Below are positions 37,154 through 48,768 of a stretch of DNA of 64,000 bases, piece by piece. The translations under genes and the position numbers were made by a program. A model generated the notes under the pieces. That model was not told where the DNA came from and ran no database searches. It worked only from the letters and a program-made list of their open reading frames with translations. Source of the DNA: Narcine bancroftii (lineage: Eukaryota); NCBI RefSeq assembly GCF_036971445.1, contig NC_091469.1, positions 318,742,001-318,806,000 on the forward strand, given 5' to 3'. Each line of letters starts with the position of its first letter. The first letter of the stretch is position 1.

Positions 37154-38288
37154 ATATCAAGCAAGGATATTGTCTGAACATTTGCTTTTAGTCATGTCGG
37201 TTTTACTGAAAGAGAAGCAAAATATAGGTTATAGATGGAGGTTTAATTCAGCATTGCTGAAAAGGAAAGATTTTTGTGATTTTATAAGGCAACAGATAAA
37301 ATTTTAATTGTCCTGAATGAATATTCTGTAACTAATAAGTTTGTGGTATGGGATTCTTTGAAGGCTTATTTAAGAGGACAAATAATAAGCTATATGGCTA
37401 AGGTTAAAAAAAAAAGAATATATGTCTGAAGATAATTCTTTGGAAAAGTAAATAAAAAAAGATAAATAGACGAGGGAATGATGAACAAAGGAAAATGTTG
37501 GATTTAAAGAAATTGAAGCTTAATACAATACAAATGTCTAGAGTAGAGAGGGATAGAAGACAAACCCAACAAAAATATGAATTGGGAGATAGAGCACATA
37601 AAGTTTTAGCATGGCAATTGAAGACTGAACAAGTATCAAGAACAATAGAAGCTGTAAAAAAAGATTCAGGTCATCTTACCTATAAAACACAAGGTATTAA
37701 TGGTGCGTTTATGAAATTTTATAAGAAATTATATCAATCAGAATCTTTAAAAGATGGGGATAAAATAGACAAATATTTGCCCAAAAATTATTTTTACCAC
37801 AGTTAAGCATAGAAGAGAAGACATAGCTAATAGACATAGCTATTATTGTTAGATTTTTGTCCTGCATATGTATTGTTTGTCTATGGTTTGTACTTGTGCA
37901 ATCAGATGACAATAAACTTGACTTGAATAAAAAACTGTTACATTGGGGGTCAGGTGAAAAAGCTAACAGGAATTATCTTTGCAATGCACTGATATTGGAG
38001 GGATTACTATTCCATTGACATAGTTATGGTCTGCAGCTATCCCACTGTAAATACTTGGATGATCTATCTCACTGCAATCTTGCCTCCAGTCAGAAATAAA
38101 GACAAAGCATGAAGCTTATATTCCCCAGAGACATTTATGCAAGAATATCTCACCATGATAAAATACCTCAATGTTGAATTCTAATTCATTACATATGAAT
38201 TTATTTGCCTGGATTTTTGGCCAAGTGCAGACTGAAAATAAAGACACTTTCCCAACTCAATCACTATAAAATGTAAATATTTACTCAC

Positions 38289-38351
38289 TTTGCTTTTTGT
38301 GGGAGACCATTGAACAGTGCAACACAGGAAAAGGACCTTCATCCCGCGAGT
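38289..38351 (-). CDS. Candidate 63-nt exon (DSRDEGPFPVLHCSMVSHKKQ)
   Basis: cttttgcatag acceptor, AAA|gtgagt donor, phase 1->1; in frame with 38631-38698. Confidence 0.35.
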
Positions 38352-38630
38352 CTATGCAAAAGATTCTATGTACAGCCATCCAAAAAAGGCAATTATTAAG
38401 TTAAAGCTCTGATGATTTTGTCTTTATTAAAAACACACCAGTCCCTAGCTACAAAATTGGGCTAGAGAAAACCACTTTGACTGGGCAGCTCACCGTCCAG
38501 ACAGACCATTAACCAAATGCAGTACTAGCCTCCTGGCCTAAGGGCACATTTAAATATGAATATCCTCTCTGTCATTATGATCTGTCTTTCAATGAGGACC
38601 ACAGTTATTGTCCCGATTAGTCATACTTAC

Positions 38631-38698
38631 CGCCAGAGAGAACGGGACTCATGTCCTGCTTTGTATAGGGCTCAACTGTCTTTCCCCTGAAAGCAGTG
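38631..38698 (-). CDS. Candidate 68-nt exon (TAFRGKTVEPYTKQDMSPVLSG)
   Basis: cccttttcttcag acceptor, GCG|gtaagt donor, only one open frame (phase 2->1). Confidence 0.35.
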
Positions 38699-38832
38699 CT
38701 GAAGAAAAGGGTGTAAAGGTTAAAACCATGTGTTTAGTTAATTTTGTGAGAACTATTGTTTATAGTGTTACCATAGTAACTGTGATGTAATGCGTCATAA
38801 TATCCGCTAACGGCTTGCTCATTATTCTTCAG

Positions 38833-38844
38833 GATGGAGAGAAG
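38833..38844 (+). CDS. Candidate 12-nt micro-exon carrying an ATG (G ATG GAG AGA AG)
   Basis: ttattcttcag acceptor, AAG|gtgtgg donor; ends in phase 2, matching the knuckle exon. Confidence 0.4.
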
Positions 38845-39155
38845 GTGTGGGCACAAAAGATTTTCCTTTGAATGGTGTTTCTCTTTAAATTTGTTTATCT
38901 TGTATCATTATGAATCTCTTTAAAGTTTGAGCTTCTTTATATACATTTTATATCTCTATCGTTACACAGTAAGTACTTTGTTATTCATCATTATGAAAAT
39001 CTTAATGCCAAGTTATGGGAAATGTTTACCTGTTTTATCAATGAATTAAAACTACTTAAAGCTGCAACGACAAATTTGGTTTATTGGATTAAAGAGATTA
39101 TAATTCAGAATATCATTTCGTTGAAGTTGCCACATTTTGAAATTGTCATCTATAG

Positions 39156-39287
39156 AGGGCTTCCAATGCCAATGAACCGAATGAACGGCAGGCCCTATAG
39201 CCCACCTAGCAGTGACTGTTTCAATTGTGGCGGAAGAGGACACTGGCATAGGGACTGCCCCACTAATAATGATGCTCAGCGAGGCAG
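39156..39287 (+). CDS. Exon encoding a CCHC zinc knuckle (RGLPMPMNRMNGRPYSPPSSDCFNCGGRGHWHRDCPTNNDAQRGR)
   Basis: Exact CX2CX4HX4C motif with canonical F, G-H-W and C-P residues; tag acceptor; CAG|gcaagt GC donor; 132 nt, symmetric phase 2; unique-sequence context. Confidence 0.65.
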
Positions 39288-39521
39288 GCAAGTGCCCTTT
39301 ACCTCTCAGTACATCTTTTGAACAAAGGGAGTAACTTAAGATATGCTGGTTCGCAGGAGGAATAACACATATGAGAAATAAAATAATGAAGTTTGGGTTC
39401 CCAACTACATGTCTGGAATTTCGGCCTTGATAACCAAAGTAAAACTGATAATGATTGCCCTATCTATCTTCTCCTGTGGAGTATTTTTTTTTAAAGACTC
39501 TGAAATAAAACTTTTCTCCAG

Positions 39522-39537
39522 GAGTTACAGAAACTAA
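39522..39537 (+). CDS. Candidate terminal coding exon (SYRN*)
   Basis: cttttctccag acceptor in phase 2; TAA at 39535-39537; ATTAAA at 39654-39659. Confidence 0.3.
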
Positions 39538-40084
39538 CTGAGCAAATTATTTGGATAAGCTGGATATCAAACTAGAAGGGGCTGAGAGGAAGCTTCCAAG
39601 TATTGCAACAGAAGACTTGTAGTATGAGATACTTAATTGTGATCAATATTTAAATTAAAAAAACTAAATGGGATATTTAAGCCTTAAACATCGTGAATGA
39701 CTCCACACACCCCTCCCGCAATCTATTTTCCCTCGAGCCATCCAGGAAGAAGTACCTCAGTGTTCGAGCCCTCATGAGACAGTTTTTACCTCCAAGCTGT
39801 GAGGCTTTCGAACTTTGGGGACACAAGGCAAGCCTATGTAACATGCTATTTATAAAAGGTTTCCAAGTAACTTATCCATGTAAATAACCAGATCCACAGT
39901 CCAGAGATACCCCATCACTGTACATTAAAAGGTTTATGGTTTGAGCAACAAGTAAAAGCAACTTGCCAAAAAACCACAGATAGTTAAAATTTAAATAAGG
40001 AACAGTCCAGCACCATCGACAGAATGTGAAACTGAATTAGCATTTCAAATTAAAAACCTCATGTATATTATTAAACATAGGAAA

Positions 40085-40290
40085 AAAATGCACTTGTTTT
40101 ATAACGTGTGAAAACGTGCACGCAATTTATAGCATGGGGAAAACGCGTGCACAATTTATAGCATGGGGAAATGCACATACAATTTATAGTGTGGGGGAAA
40201 CATGCACACAATTCATAGAGTGGGGGAAATGCACACACAATTTATAACATGGGGGAAAGGCACACAATTTATAGTGTGCGGGAAAACACT
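40085..40290. repeat. ~30-bp minisatellite (GAAAACGTGCACACAATTTATAGCATGGGG-like), about 6 copies
   Basis: Direct tandem units visible. Confidence 0.9.
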
Positions 40291-40643
40291 AACACGAACA
40301 AGAGCAGATTGCAACAGGGTGAAAATCTACAAAGTTCTGCTGAATTCACTTAGACAGAGAGACTTTTTGCTATCCCTTCATGACTGGCTTAACCCCTCAT
40401 TGATCTGCCAACCTGTACGTGCATTTGAAGTGCTGTTTAATTTCCTATCCTACACTGAGCCAAGTTCTACTCGACACTCTTCAAAGGTAAAATATGTTAT
40501 TGACAAAAACAGGCTTGTAATTAGCAGTTCTTAAAATACATGCAAAAGAGATTTTTAGGCATTATAAAAAATTTGATTTATTGGTGCCCATTATTTTTTC
40601 ACTTCTGAAACTTTCATACATTAATTCAACATGGTAGAATCAT

Positions 40644-41550
40644 TAGGCCCTTTCATGCAGTGAAAAAGTTCAAGTGTAAAGGTGGTAAAGGTGGAGATTC
40701 TCTGCCCTTACGTCAGGAAGCTTACCTCTATGAATATGCCGTGGCCGGATCCAAGGCACTGACTGCAATCCCTCTCAGGGAAGGATCATCGGGGGAGCTG
40801 CTGCGCTCCGCCATCTTACATGAATGTACAGCCGCTGCAAGCAGCTGGTTAGGGGTGGGCTGATTACATCACAATGATGCCGTAAGTTCGCGACCCATCT
40901 CCCCTCTCCCTCCAATGACCCCTTGGGCCAGGGACAGCCAGCGGGGGACATCAGGTCAGGTGGGGGGTGGGGGAAGCAGGAGCTGTCAGTGCAGGGCATG
41001 GCCAGCAGGAGCCATCAGGGAAGAGGGTGTCAGGGCAGGGGGGTCAGCTGGAGACATCAGGGCAGGTGCTGTCAGGGCAGGGTTGGCCAGCAGCTGGGCT
41101 GTCGTGGTGGGGGTGGTCTGCAGGGGCCATCATGGTGGGGATGACCAGCTGGAGCTATCAGGTCAGGGGGTCGGTGGGAGCCATCAGGGGAGGGGCGGCC
41201 AGTGGGGACCATCAGGACAGGGGCTGTCAGGGGGAGGCCAGTGCAGGCTGTGACTCCCCACAACCCCGGCCGCTCGGGCACCTCCCCAGATCACTTCCAC
41301 CTTTGGGTCCACTTGTCAACAGCTCAAAACACGGCAGAGGAAAATGGCGGTCTTCCCTACCCATAATCCCCCATGCAGCTGGAACTGTTCTGGGTAAGAC
41401 AGAATAGTTCCAGCTGTGTGGGGATTATGGGTAGGGAAGACAACCATTGCTTTGCAGCATATTTATGATGGGCGGTGCAACAGCACCAGTCACCCCGCCT
41501 CCGTCGGCTCCGGAGGGCGTTATGAGGCACCGCTCGACGTGAATGTGATG
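40644..41550. mobile_element. Probable non-autonomous DNA transposon (Harbinger-like left end) with a GC-rich internal tandem array and a long palindrome
   Basis: Starts TT-AGGCCCTTTCA, similar to the Harbinger TIR at 4000-4015; G-rich CATCAGGG units at 40930-41240; inverted repeat at 41343-41447. Right end not found. Confidence 0.45.
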
Positions 41551-41759
41551 CAGGAGCTGTCTTTTAGGACTGTTCCATAAAAGGAAGTTAACTAATCACA
41601 GATCCCCGATGACATAGTGAGTCGGAATACAAAGGTTTAAAGTTACTGGGAATTAGAAATTCATCCTGGCCCGCAGGAAAAAGAATCTCAGGGTTAGTTG
41701 TAAATGATGTCATGTATGCACATTGACAATAAATCTGAATCTCAGGAGGGCCAGGGTTC

Positions 41760-42109
41760 TGTGGAACTTTAATTTCTAAATGGCATAACAACCTTGAGAA
41801 TTTTCCCCTTGGTCTTAGTTTATATTTATCTACAATCATAATTCATTTCCTACTGTAGTTAAGCCACCAGGCTTCTAACATTGATACAAGTTGCTTTATG
41901 CAATGTAAAGCATTTCATTTCAAATTCAAGAAAACCCATATAATCCAAAGAAGGGCTCCAAACTTCTGATTAAAATAAAATAATTGAGTTGGATTTGTTG
42001 TTCAGGTTTGTGTGGGTCCCACAGGTTAAGAACCAGACCAAAGTCAAGGTACAAAGCATATTTATTTCAGGGATGGAAATGAGACAACAGGGTCACTATG
42101 TTAGGCAAA

Positions 42110-42166
<57 letters not shown>

Positions 42167-43205
42167 CACGCAGGGGGGAAATATACACTTCGAATAATGA
42201 AGAAGAAACCAACAGAGACTGGAAGAAATTACATGAACATACACATTCAACAATCAAGATCAAGGTGATACTATGTGCCCCCACCCCTTGACTAGTACGG
42301 ACATGGTTCTTGCTACCTGACCTCGAGACTCACCCCAACCCAGTGTGAAAGGTACTACTCACGTGCCACGAGGAGTCCAAAGAGACAGAACAAAGGGGCA
42401 CGTGGTCCTTTATAGTTCTGCAGGCAGTACTGGAGGGGGGCCAATCACTCGGGGCAGGCTGAGCCCCAAAGCCAAGTGCAGGGGCTCAGCAGGTGATTCA
42501 CCTGGACCAATTAGGTGAAGGTCAGGGCTGAGTTTGACCAGGTTGCCTCGACTGCAGCACCTGGTGTTTTAGGTGAGCCAATCGCAAGGGTCACCTTGAT
42601 GGCATGGGGTGAGTCTTTGACCTCAATTGGCAGGTAGTGCGTCCTCCGAACAGGAGCGCAGCAGTGCCACCAGGTGGTGGCCACTGCCTCTCCATTACAG
42701 GAATTGAGGTTGACTAGATTTCAAATGGCATTTTTGAGATTGGCATTAGCTGTTGCTAGAAAATGTATAGCGATTACATGGAAAAATTAGATTGATTCGA
42801 GTTTACATAGATGGCATATGGAATTAAGATCTTGCATCCCGCCGTGAAAAGTAACATATAATTTACATGATAATTATTTCTTTTAAAAATCCAGAAGTTT
42901 GGAGCCCACATCCAAATCTTCAGGATAATTCTTTGCCCATGTGGTTTAGTGTTCAGAACTACATTAAATTTGTATTCTTTCACCCCTTTCAAAGCACCCA
43001 AGAATTCCTAGCCTTACTCTGTTTGCCGCACATGTTTGGAAACAACCAGGATACGAATTCTCTCTATTTGTGCCATTAATTTTGCCTATTTTATTTCAAA
43101 TGCTTTGGTTTGAGGAAAAAATGTCTTTAATTTTTACTTTTCCCTCAAATTGCCTTTTTTATTGCTTTCTTATTGTTGTATTTTCTTCCCCTTCCAGTTC
43201 ATAAT
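41760..43205 (+). mobile_element. L1/Tx1 3' fragment interrupted by an LTR (~42010-42699)
   Basis: 42720-42780 (FQMAFLRLALAVARKCIAITW) matches the C-terminus of the L1 at 24500-24730. Confidence 0.7.
42010..42699 (-). mobile_element. Solo LTR-like element containing (CA)n
   Basis: TG...CA ends; minus-strand AATAAA at ~42061 and TATAAA at ~42410; CCAAT motifs. Confidence 0.6.
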
Positions 43206-43228
43206 TCACCTGATGACACAATTTGCTC

Positions 43229-43897
43229 TGTGACAGAGTATATAGATATGATTTTGAGAGATAATTGGGCAGGTTTGTTGGAGTAGGTCACATACAAACA
43301 CTTTAAAACAGATCTTATTTAAAGTACCGGAGCTCTGCCCCATGCTAGACATGTCAAGGCCAACAGACTTTGCAAGAGCTTTGGAGAGTGCCCAAGAGAC
43401 TTCACTAATGGATTTTTGATTACAAAAAAAGGCAACAGATGAAAGAGCTTGTCGTAGTAGCCTTCTTGCTGTTCTCATAGGGTCATGTTGTTTTGCAAGC
43501 AGAGAGAGTCAAACAGGCTTTTTTCTCTCAGAGAGAGAGAGAAAGAGGCAGACAGACAGAGATCACTTCTACAGTGTTACAGCCAGCAACAACAGCTGGG
43601 GCTGGAACAGGACAAGCTGGCAAGCTTGTGGAAAGCCCCATTGGAAGATGGGTTTGTACGCGCTTTGTTTAGCCTGGTCAAACCCCTTGTGATTCATGCA
43701 GGGGATAGGACTGGCTTTCTAATGTTTCACTTGGAATAAGTGAAACAAAAAGGAGCTCTGTGATGATCTGAAAGAAAGAGATTATCATCTGGAGAACCCT
43801 GAAGGGGAAAGTTACGTCAGCAAGACACTGGAGTGGCTGATTAAAAAGGAATCAGTTGTGGATGTCCTGGAACAACAAATTTCTCTCTAAACTGACA
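43229..43897 (+). mobile_element. LTR family A, 3'-truncated
   Basis: Begins TGTGACAGAGT like 17320; breaks off at a duplicated segment. Confidence 0.82.
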
Positions 43898-44019
43898 AGA
43901 AGGGCTCCAAACTTCTGATTAAAATAAAATAATTTAGTTTGGATTTGTTGTTCAGGTTCATGTGGGTCCCACAGGTTAAGAACCAGACCAAAGTCAAGAT
44001 ACAAAGCACACGTTTATAC

Positions 44020-44113
44020 AAGATACACACACACTCCCATATTTTACTGTAAATATTATATATATATATATATATATAAACATACACTGAATATATATAT
44101 ACCACACACATAC

Positions 44114-44189
<76 letters not shown>

Positions 44190-44225
44190 TGTACATATTA
44201 TCCACAGTGTATATATTATACACTC
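44020..44225. repeat. (TA)n/(CA)n compound microsatellite
   Basis: Direct inspection. Confidence 0.95.
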
Positions 44226-44227
44226 TA

Positions 44228-44720
44228 TACCATTCGGTCACTGCTGTGCATGGCTACCAATGAGACCCCTCACGAATGTCTGTTCTCATTCCCCAGGAGG
44301 TTGGCGACTGGAATGTCACTCCCAGCATGGCACACGTCCCCGGGACTGGTGCTTCTGCGTAAGCATGTTCGGACACACAAGCCCAAAGCCCTGGTGGACC
44401 AAGTTTTCCTCCTTCATGTAAACCACAACTATGCTTACATTAGGTTCAGCAGTGGCAGGGAGGACACCGTCTCAACCAAGGACCTGGCACCAGCAGGAGC
44501 ACCCATCACACCACGCTACCCTCCAACCCAGGACAACACTGACCGGCATACAACCCCGTCCCCATGCAGCTATGGGGCACACAGGGCATCCTTAACCACC
44601 AGGGGCCCACTTCAGCCTTAAGAGATGAACCCGCCCCCCCCCCCCGCCACCCACCCAATACGACCCACATGCATCGACCCTGGTCTCCCTGGCCACATAT
44701 TGAGTTTCCAGTTCCACCCC
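44228..44720 (+). mobile_element. Gypsy integrase C-terminal fragment
   Basis: IRSLLCMATNETPHE...PGLVLLRKHVR...GREDTVSTKDLAP. Confidence 0.8.
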
Positions 44721-44729
44721 TCCTGCAAC

Positions 44730-45830
44730 CAAGACTTACTAATAGCAAAAGTGTCATAATCCCATGTGCCAATTCACGCCCTAAACTCGTCTGCCTTTCC
44801 AACAATACTCCTTGCATTGAAATAAATACATCGAAGAACATTTCATTCACCTTTGTCTATACATGTCTTCTTTCCTACCCTCATCATTGGTCCCTAAATG
44901 ACATCTGGTTGCTCATCCTCCCTTCTGAGAAAACTGAGAACTCAATCCGAGATATCACATCATCATATCATCCGGGATTCTCAATCTCTCCCACAGAATC
45001 TCCTATCTGTCCCCCTAACTATTGAATCCACATCACTGCAGCTCTCCTCTTTTCCCTCTTCCCTTTCTGAGCTGAGAATCCAGTCTCAGTGTCAGAGACA
45101 TGACCAGTACAACCTGTCCCTGGTAGGTCATCCCCACTAACAGTATCCAAACGGTATACTTATTATCGATGGGAGTGTCTACAGGGATGCTCTGCTCTCT
45201 CTGTCTATTCCCCTTCCTTCTCCTGACAGTCAACCAGCCAACTGCTTCCTGACTTTAGGTGGTAACTGTCTCCCTGAAGCTCCTGTCTCTCACCCCTTCT
45301 GCCTCTCAAATGCCCCAAAGTTCATCCAGCTCTAGCTTCAGTTCCCTAACTTGGTTTTTCAGGAGCTGCAGCTGGATGCAACTTTTGCAGGTGCAGTCAT
45401 CAAGGTGCTGCCCCAGATTTCCCACATCCTGCAATTGGAGCAATCCACTGCCCCAGTTGACTCCATTAACTATTCCAAATTTAACTAAAGGATTAAACTA
45501 CGTCACTTGGGCTTGTCTCACTGGAAACAAGCTCATCATCAGCTCACCGAACCTCTCGTGCCAAAACCTCAAAGCTCCACTCCTACACTGTGCCATTCAC
45601 TCACTGGCTGCTCCTCTTCAGCTTCCCCTCCTTTTATTTGTTCCTGCCAATTATCTCAAGAACTCACTCCCACAAATCAACACTCTGTCTCACCTTTCAG
45701 ATGACCTCCCTGCTCTTTTTAAAACTCACTCACCTGGGCTGGTTCCCTCCACTCACCACTCTCCTGAGTCCTTCGCTCCTCCTCTGTCTGCAACGGCCCA
45801 GAGGCCGGTTCCTTGTCAATATTTAAGAGT
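44730..45830 (-). mobile_element. CR1-type LINE 5' region (ORF1 remnants)
   Basis: Minus-strand remnants IPVDTPIDNKYT and QLHPAAP resemble vertebrate CR1 ORF1; followed by a plus-strand CR1 3' end at ~45830-45975. Confidence 0.6.
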
Positions 45831-46142
45831 AGATTAGATTTGGCCCTTGTGGCTAAGCATATGGGGAGAAGCCAGGAACCAGGTCCTGATCCGCCATGAT
45901 CATATTGAATGGAGGTGTAGGCTTGAAGGTCAAATGGCCTACTCCTGCACCTATTTTTCTATGTTTCTACAATGGTCCAAGTCCTCCCTCCATGTTCCTT
46001 TTAGAACAGTGCACTTATTTTGGCTCACGAGAACATGCTGCTCAATTAACCTACAGCCCCGGTATGTACTCCTGGGCTGAAATGGCTCGTCACCATGCTA
46101 CATATCTAAATTAAAAATTAAAAGCTTGCCCAGCCCTGTACC

Positions 46143-46290
46143 AAAGATAAAGATACATAACGAACATTTCAGGCTTGAGCCCTTCATCAAGGTCTTTGCT
46201 ACATAAAGGACGCAGTTTGACCTGCTGATTTTCTCCAGCATTGTGTTTTTACCTCAACCACGGTGTCTGGAGACTTCTGTGTTTTACTTC
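46143..46290 (-). mobile_element. Penelope-like terminal fragment
   Basis: Hammerhead-like motif at 46150-46195 joined to pLTR tail. Confidence 0.65.
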
Positions 46291-46634
46291 CAATTATTTG
46301 TGAAGTCTCATCGCTCCTCCGCAGGGTCCATCCACCTGGTCTGACTGCTGTTGGCTCTCTACAGGTTTTAAATGACCTGTTACAGGAGCCACAATGATTT
46401 ATTTTAAAATTTACAAATAAACTTTAAACCTTTAAATGATCATTTGTTATTAAAATATTATGATTTGATTTTAACAGCATCCACTGGTTAGTGATAAATG
46501 CCAGATGTGGGGTCATCTTATACAAGGTGTTATCGCTCAAAACCAATATTTTAGGTGAAAATTCCAGGGTTATCCGAGACATGAGTTGTTCTATAATCAA
46601 CATAAACAATAATAAAATACCAACAGTGAATTGA

Positions 46635-46735
46635 AGTATAAACACAATGATGGAGAAACTCAGTAGGTCAAAGAAGAGGCAAAGATAAAGATACATAACC
46701 AAGGTTTCGGGCTTGAGCCCTTCATCAAGGTAGAT
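46635..46735 (-). mobile_element. Penelope-like terminal fragment
   Basis: Reverse complement reads CCTTGATGAAGGGCTCAAGCCCGAAACCTTGG. Confidence 0.7.
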
Positions 46736-46819
46736 AACATGATCAGAATCTGCAAAGAATTCATTACATTAATTCAGTTGCAGTATTTATAGATCTTTTT
46801 GACAAAGTTGCATATCATA

Positions 46820-47640
46820 TAATAATGAAAGTAATTTCCTTCTGAATAAAATTTTTGCAAATCCTCATTAAAAATACAAAGTTTATCCAGGATAATCATA
46901 ATTAAACCCCATAAATCCACTTATCTAAAAGAAAAAAAACCCTAAAACTAATACTAATCTAACCCCTCCCTCTAATCAAGGTTACAAGAGAAATACAAAG
47001 AAGGATCAAATTGTAACCTCCAGAAGACGGACGGATCAGCCCTAGAGCACCCAGGTCACCTAAAACTGCCAGTTGTGATAGTCTTCTATAAATGGGCCCC
47101 ATACCTTGTCAAACTGTAACTTTAATATTGCATCTAATTTTCTCTAAACCTAGATATGACCTCACATCCTGTCACCACTGTGCATGAGTCAGTGAGAGTT
47201 CATCTTCCCATTTCATTAAAACTGCTATCACCATGCTTAAAGCTGAAACTTTCTCTTCGGATGCCAATTAAAAATTTATCCAGTTCTTGTGAAAAACCAA
47301 ACAGGGCAGTTAAAGGGCGCAAATCTAATTTAATCTTAAAAATCGTTGACAAAGAATGAAAAGATATTCTGCCAATATTTTCCTCATTTAGGTCGTTCCC
47401 AAACACACATGAATCAGGGATGTTTCAAAAATGTTACACTTTTCACAAAATGAATCAGCATCCACAGAGAAATGGGATAATTTGAGTTTAGACGTGTGCA
47501 TTCTTTGAACAACCCTAAATTGTAATCGACTGTGCCGTGCACAAAATGAAGATTCATTGATCAGGCGAAGAGTGGAATACCAATCCTCATCTGGACATGT
47601 TATATCAAGATCATTGTCCTTTTTTTTCCAGATTTTATTA
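46820..47640 (-). mobile_element. L1 3' fragment
   Basis: Minus strand shows the C-terminal L1 cysteine-rich region (CARHSRLQFRVVQR; PLTALFG; WGPFI). Confidence 0.7.
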
Positions 47641-48504
47641 AGGTATATGTGATTTTCTTTTATATAATAGTATTTATACGTATAATCATTTTAATAGACA
47701 ATCACATATAAGGATGGAATTTATAATTTGTCATATTGTATGGATAATTTTATCAGATGTAATGTATATGTTGCTATTTACCTTGCTTTATTAATATCTG
47801 GTATTTGGATTATTATGTTAAACTCAATAAAAATATTTTAAATAGAAAATTATATATATACAAAGTGACTCTGTTTTATAATTTGATAGGTTGTGGATTG
47901 CATTTGAGTTGTTGTTGATAAACTGCTGCCCTAGAGGGAAATTAAAAAAAAACAATTTTATATCTGTGCAGAAGTTACAATGAGGAGAAGCATAGCTCTA
48001 ATACGATAACTTAAACCACTGACTCATTGCATGGCAAAGCATTCCCCACAGGGCCATGTCCTGAGCCAGACCGACAATCATCCCCACAGGAAGCCAAGCA
48101 ATACTGGAGCTCTGCCCTTTCAATGACTGAACCCTTCCGAACAAGCCAAGCACAGGCATTTGCTGACTTTCGTCATAACATTACTAAAGAAAACTTTAAC
48201 TTGGATTAGTGAAATGTTATTGAAAACAAGGACATCTCCCAAATCCTGACATGGGTGCAAATTGCTAAATGTGTTTGATCGCTTCCTGAGAGGTGAGTTA
48301 ATGCTTTCAATGTGTTGCTCTACTTTTTACAGGAATATTTTGAACTCAGCAAGATGTACAATTTTCCAAGCATTCTGAAAATTTCCTTTGTAAATCAAGA
48401 GACAACCAATTTGTGGGACAGGAAAACACAACAAAGTATACTCACCATAGGCCAAATTTCACAAGCATCCTGAGTGACCGTCTGTGCTTGTCTGTGAATG
48501 TCTT

Positions 48505-48768
48505 ATACAGGCATTACAACATGGAAACAGGCCATTTTGGCCCATGAGTCCGTGCTGCCCAATTTACACCAAATTAACCTACAACCACCATTCCCCCTCC
48601 CCCCCAGTACATTTTTGAAGGGTGTGGGGAAACCAGAGCTCCTGGGGAAAACTCATGCAGACATAGGGAGAACAAACAAATTCCTTACAGACAGCACAGG
48701 ATTCGAATCCCCAGTCCCAACCACTGGCACTGTTACAGCATTGCACTAACCTCTACACCAGCCGTCCC
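48505..48768 (-). mobile_element. tRNA-derived SINE
   Basis: Reverse complement of the family core. Confidence 0.8.

Larger units (their letters stand above)
33650..37835 (+). mobile_element. L1/Tx1-type LINE 5' portion (ORF1, endonuclease, linker), 3'-truncated, with two LTR insertions
   Basis: ORF1 from MPPKND... and NFSRRDNIKIVGL; EN motifs NINGIQNP, LQETH, NIYAPN, IGGDFN; linker YELGDRAHKVLAWQLK. Confidence 0.88.

Noticed and set aside
39156-39287. Assigning the symbol CNBP or RBM4 to the knuckle exon
   Set aside because: Only one knuckle is visible. I found no further knuckles, RGG box or RRM exons, so no symbol is justified.
40915-41407. Gly-rich ORFs
   Set aside because: Open in several frames only because the G-rich tandem array lacks stop codons.
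45259-45837. 192-aa plus-strand ORF
   Set aside because: Antisense to a CR1 5' region, with low-complexity composition.
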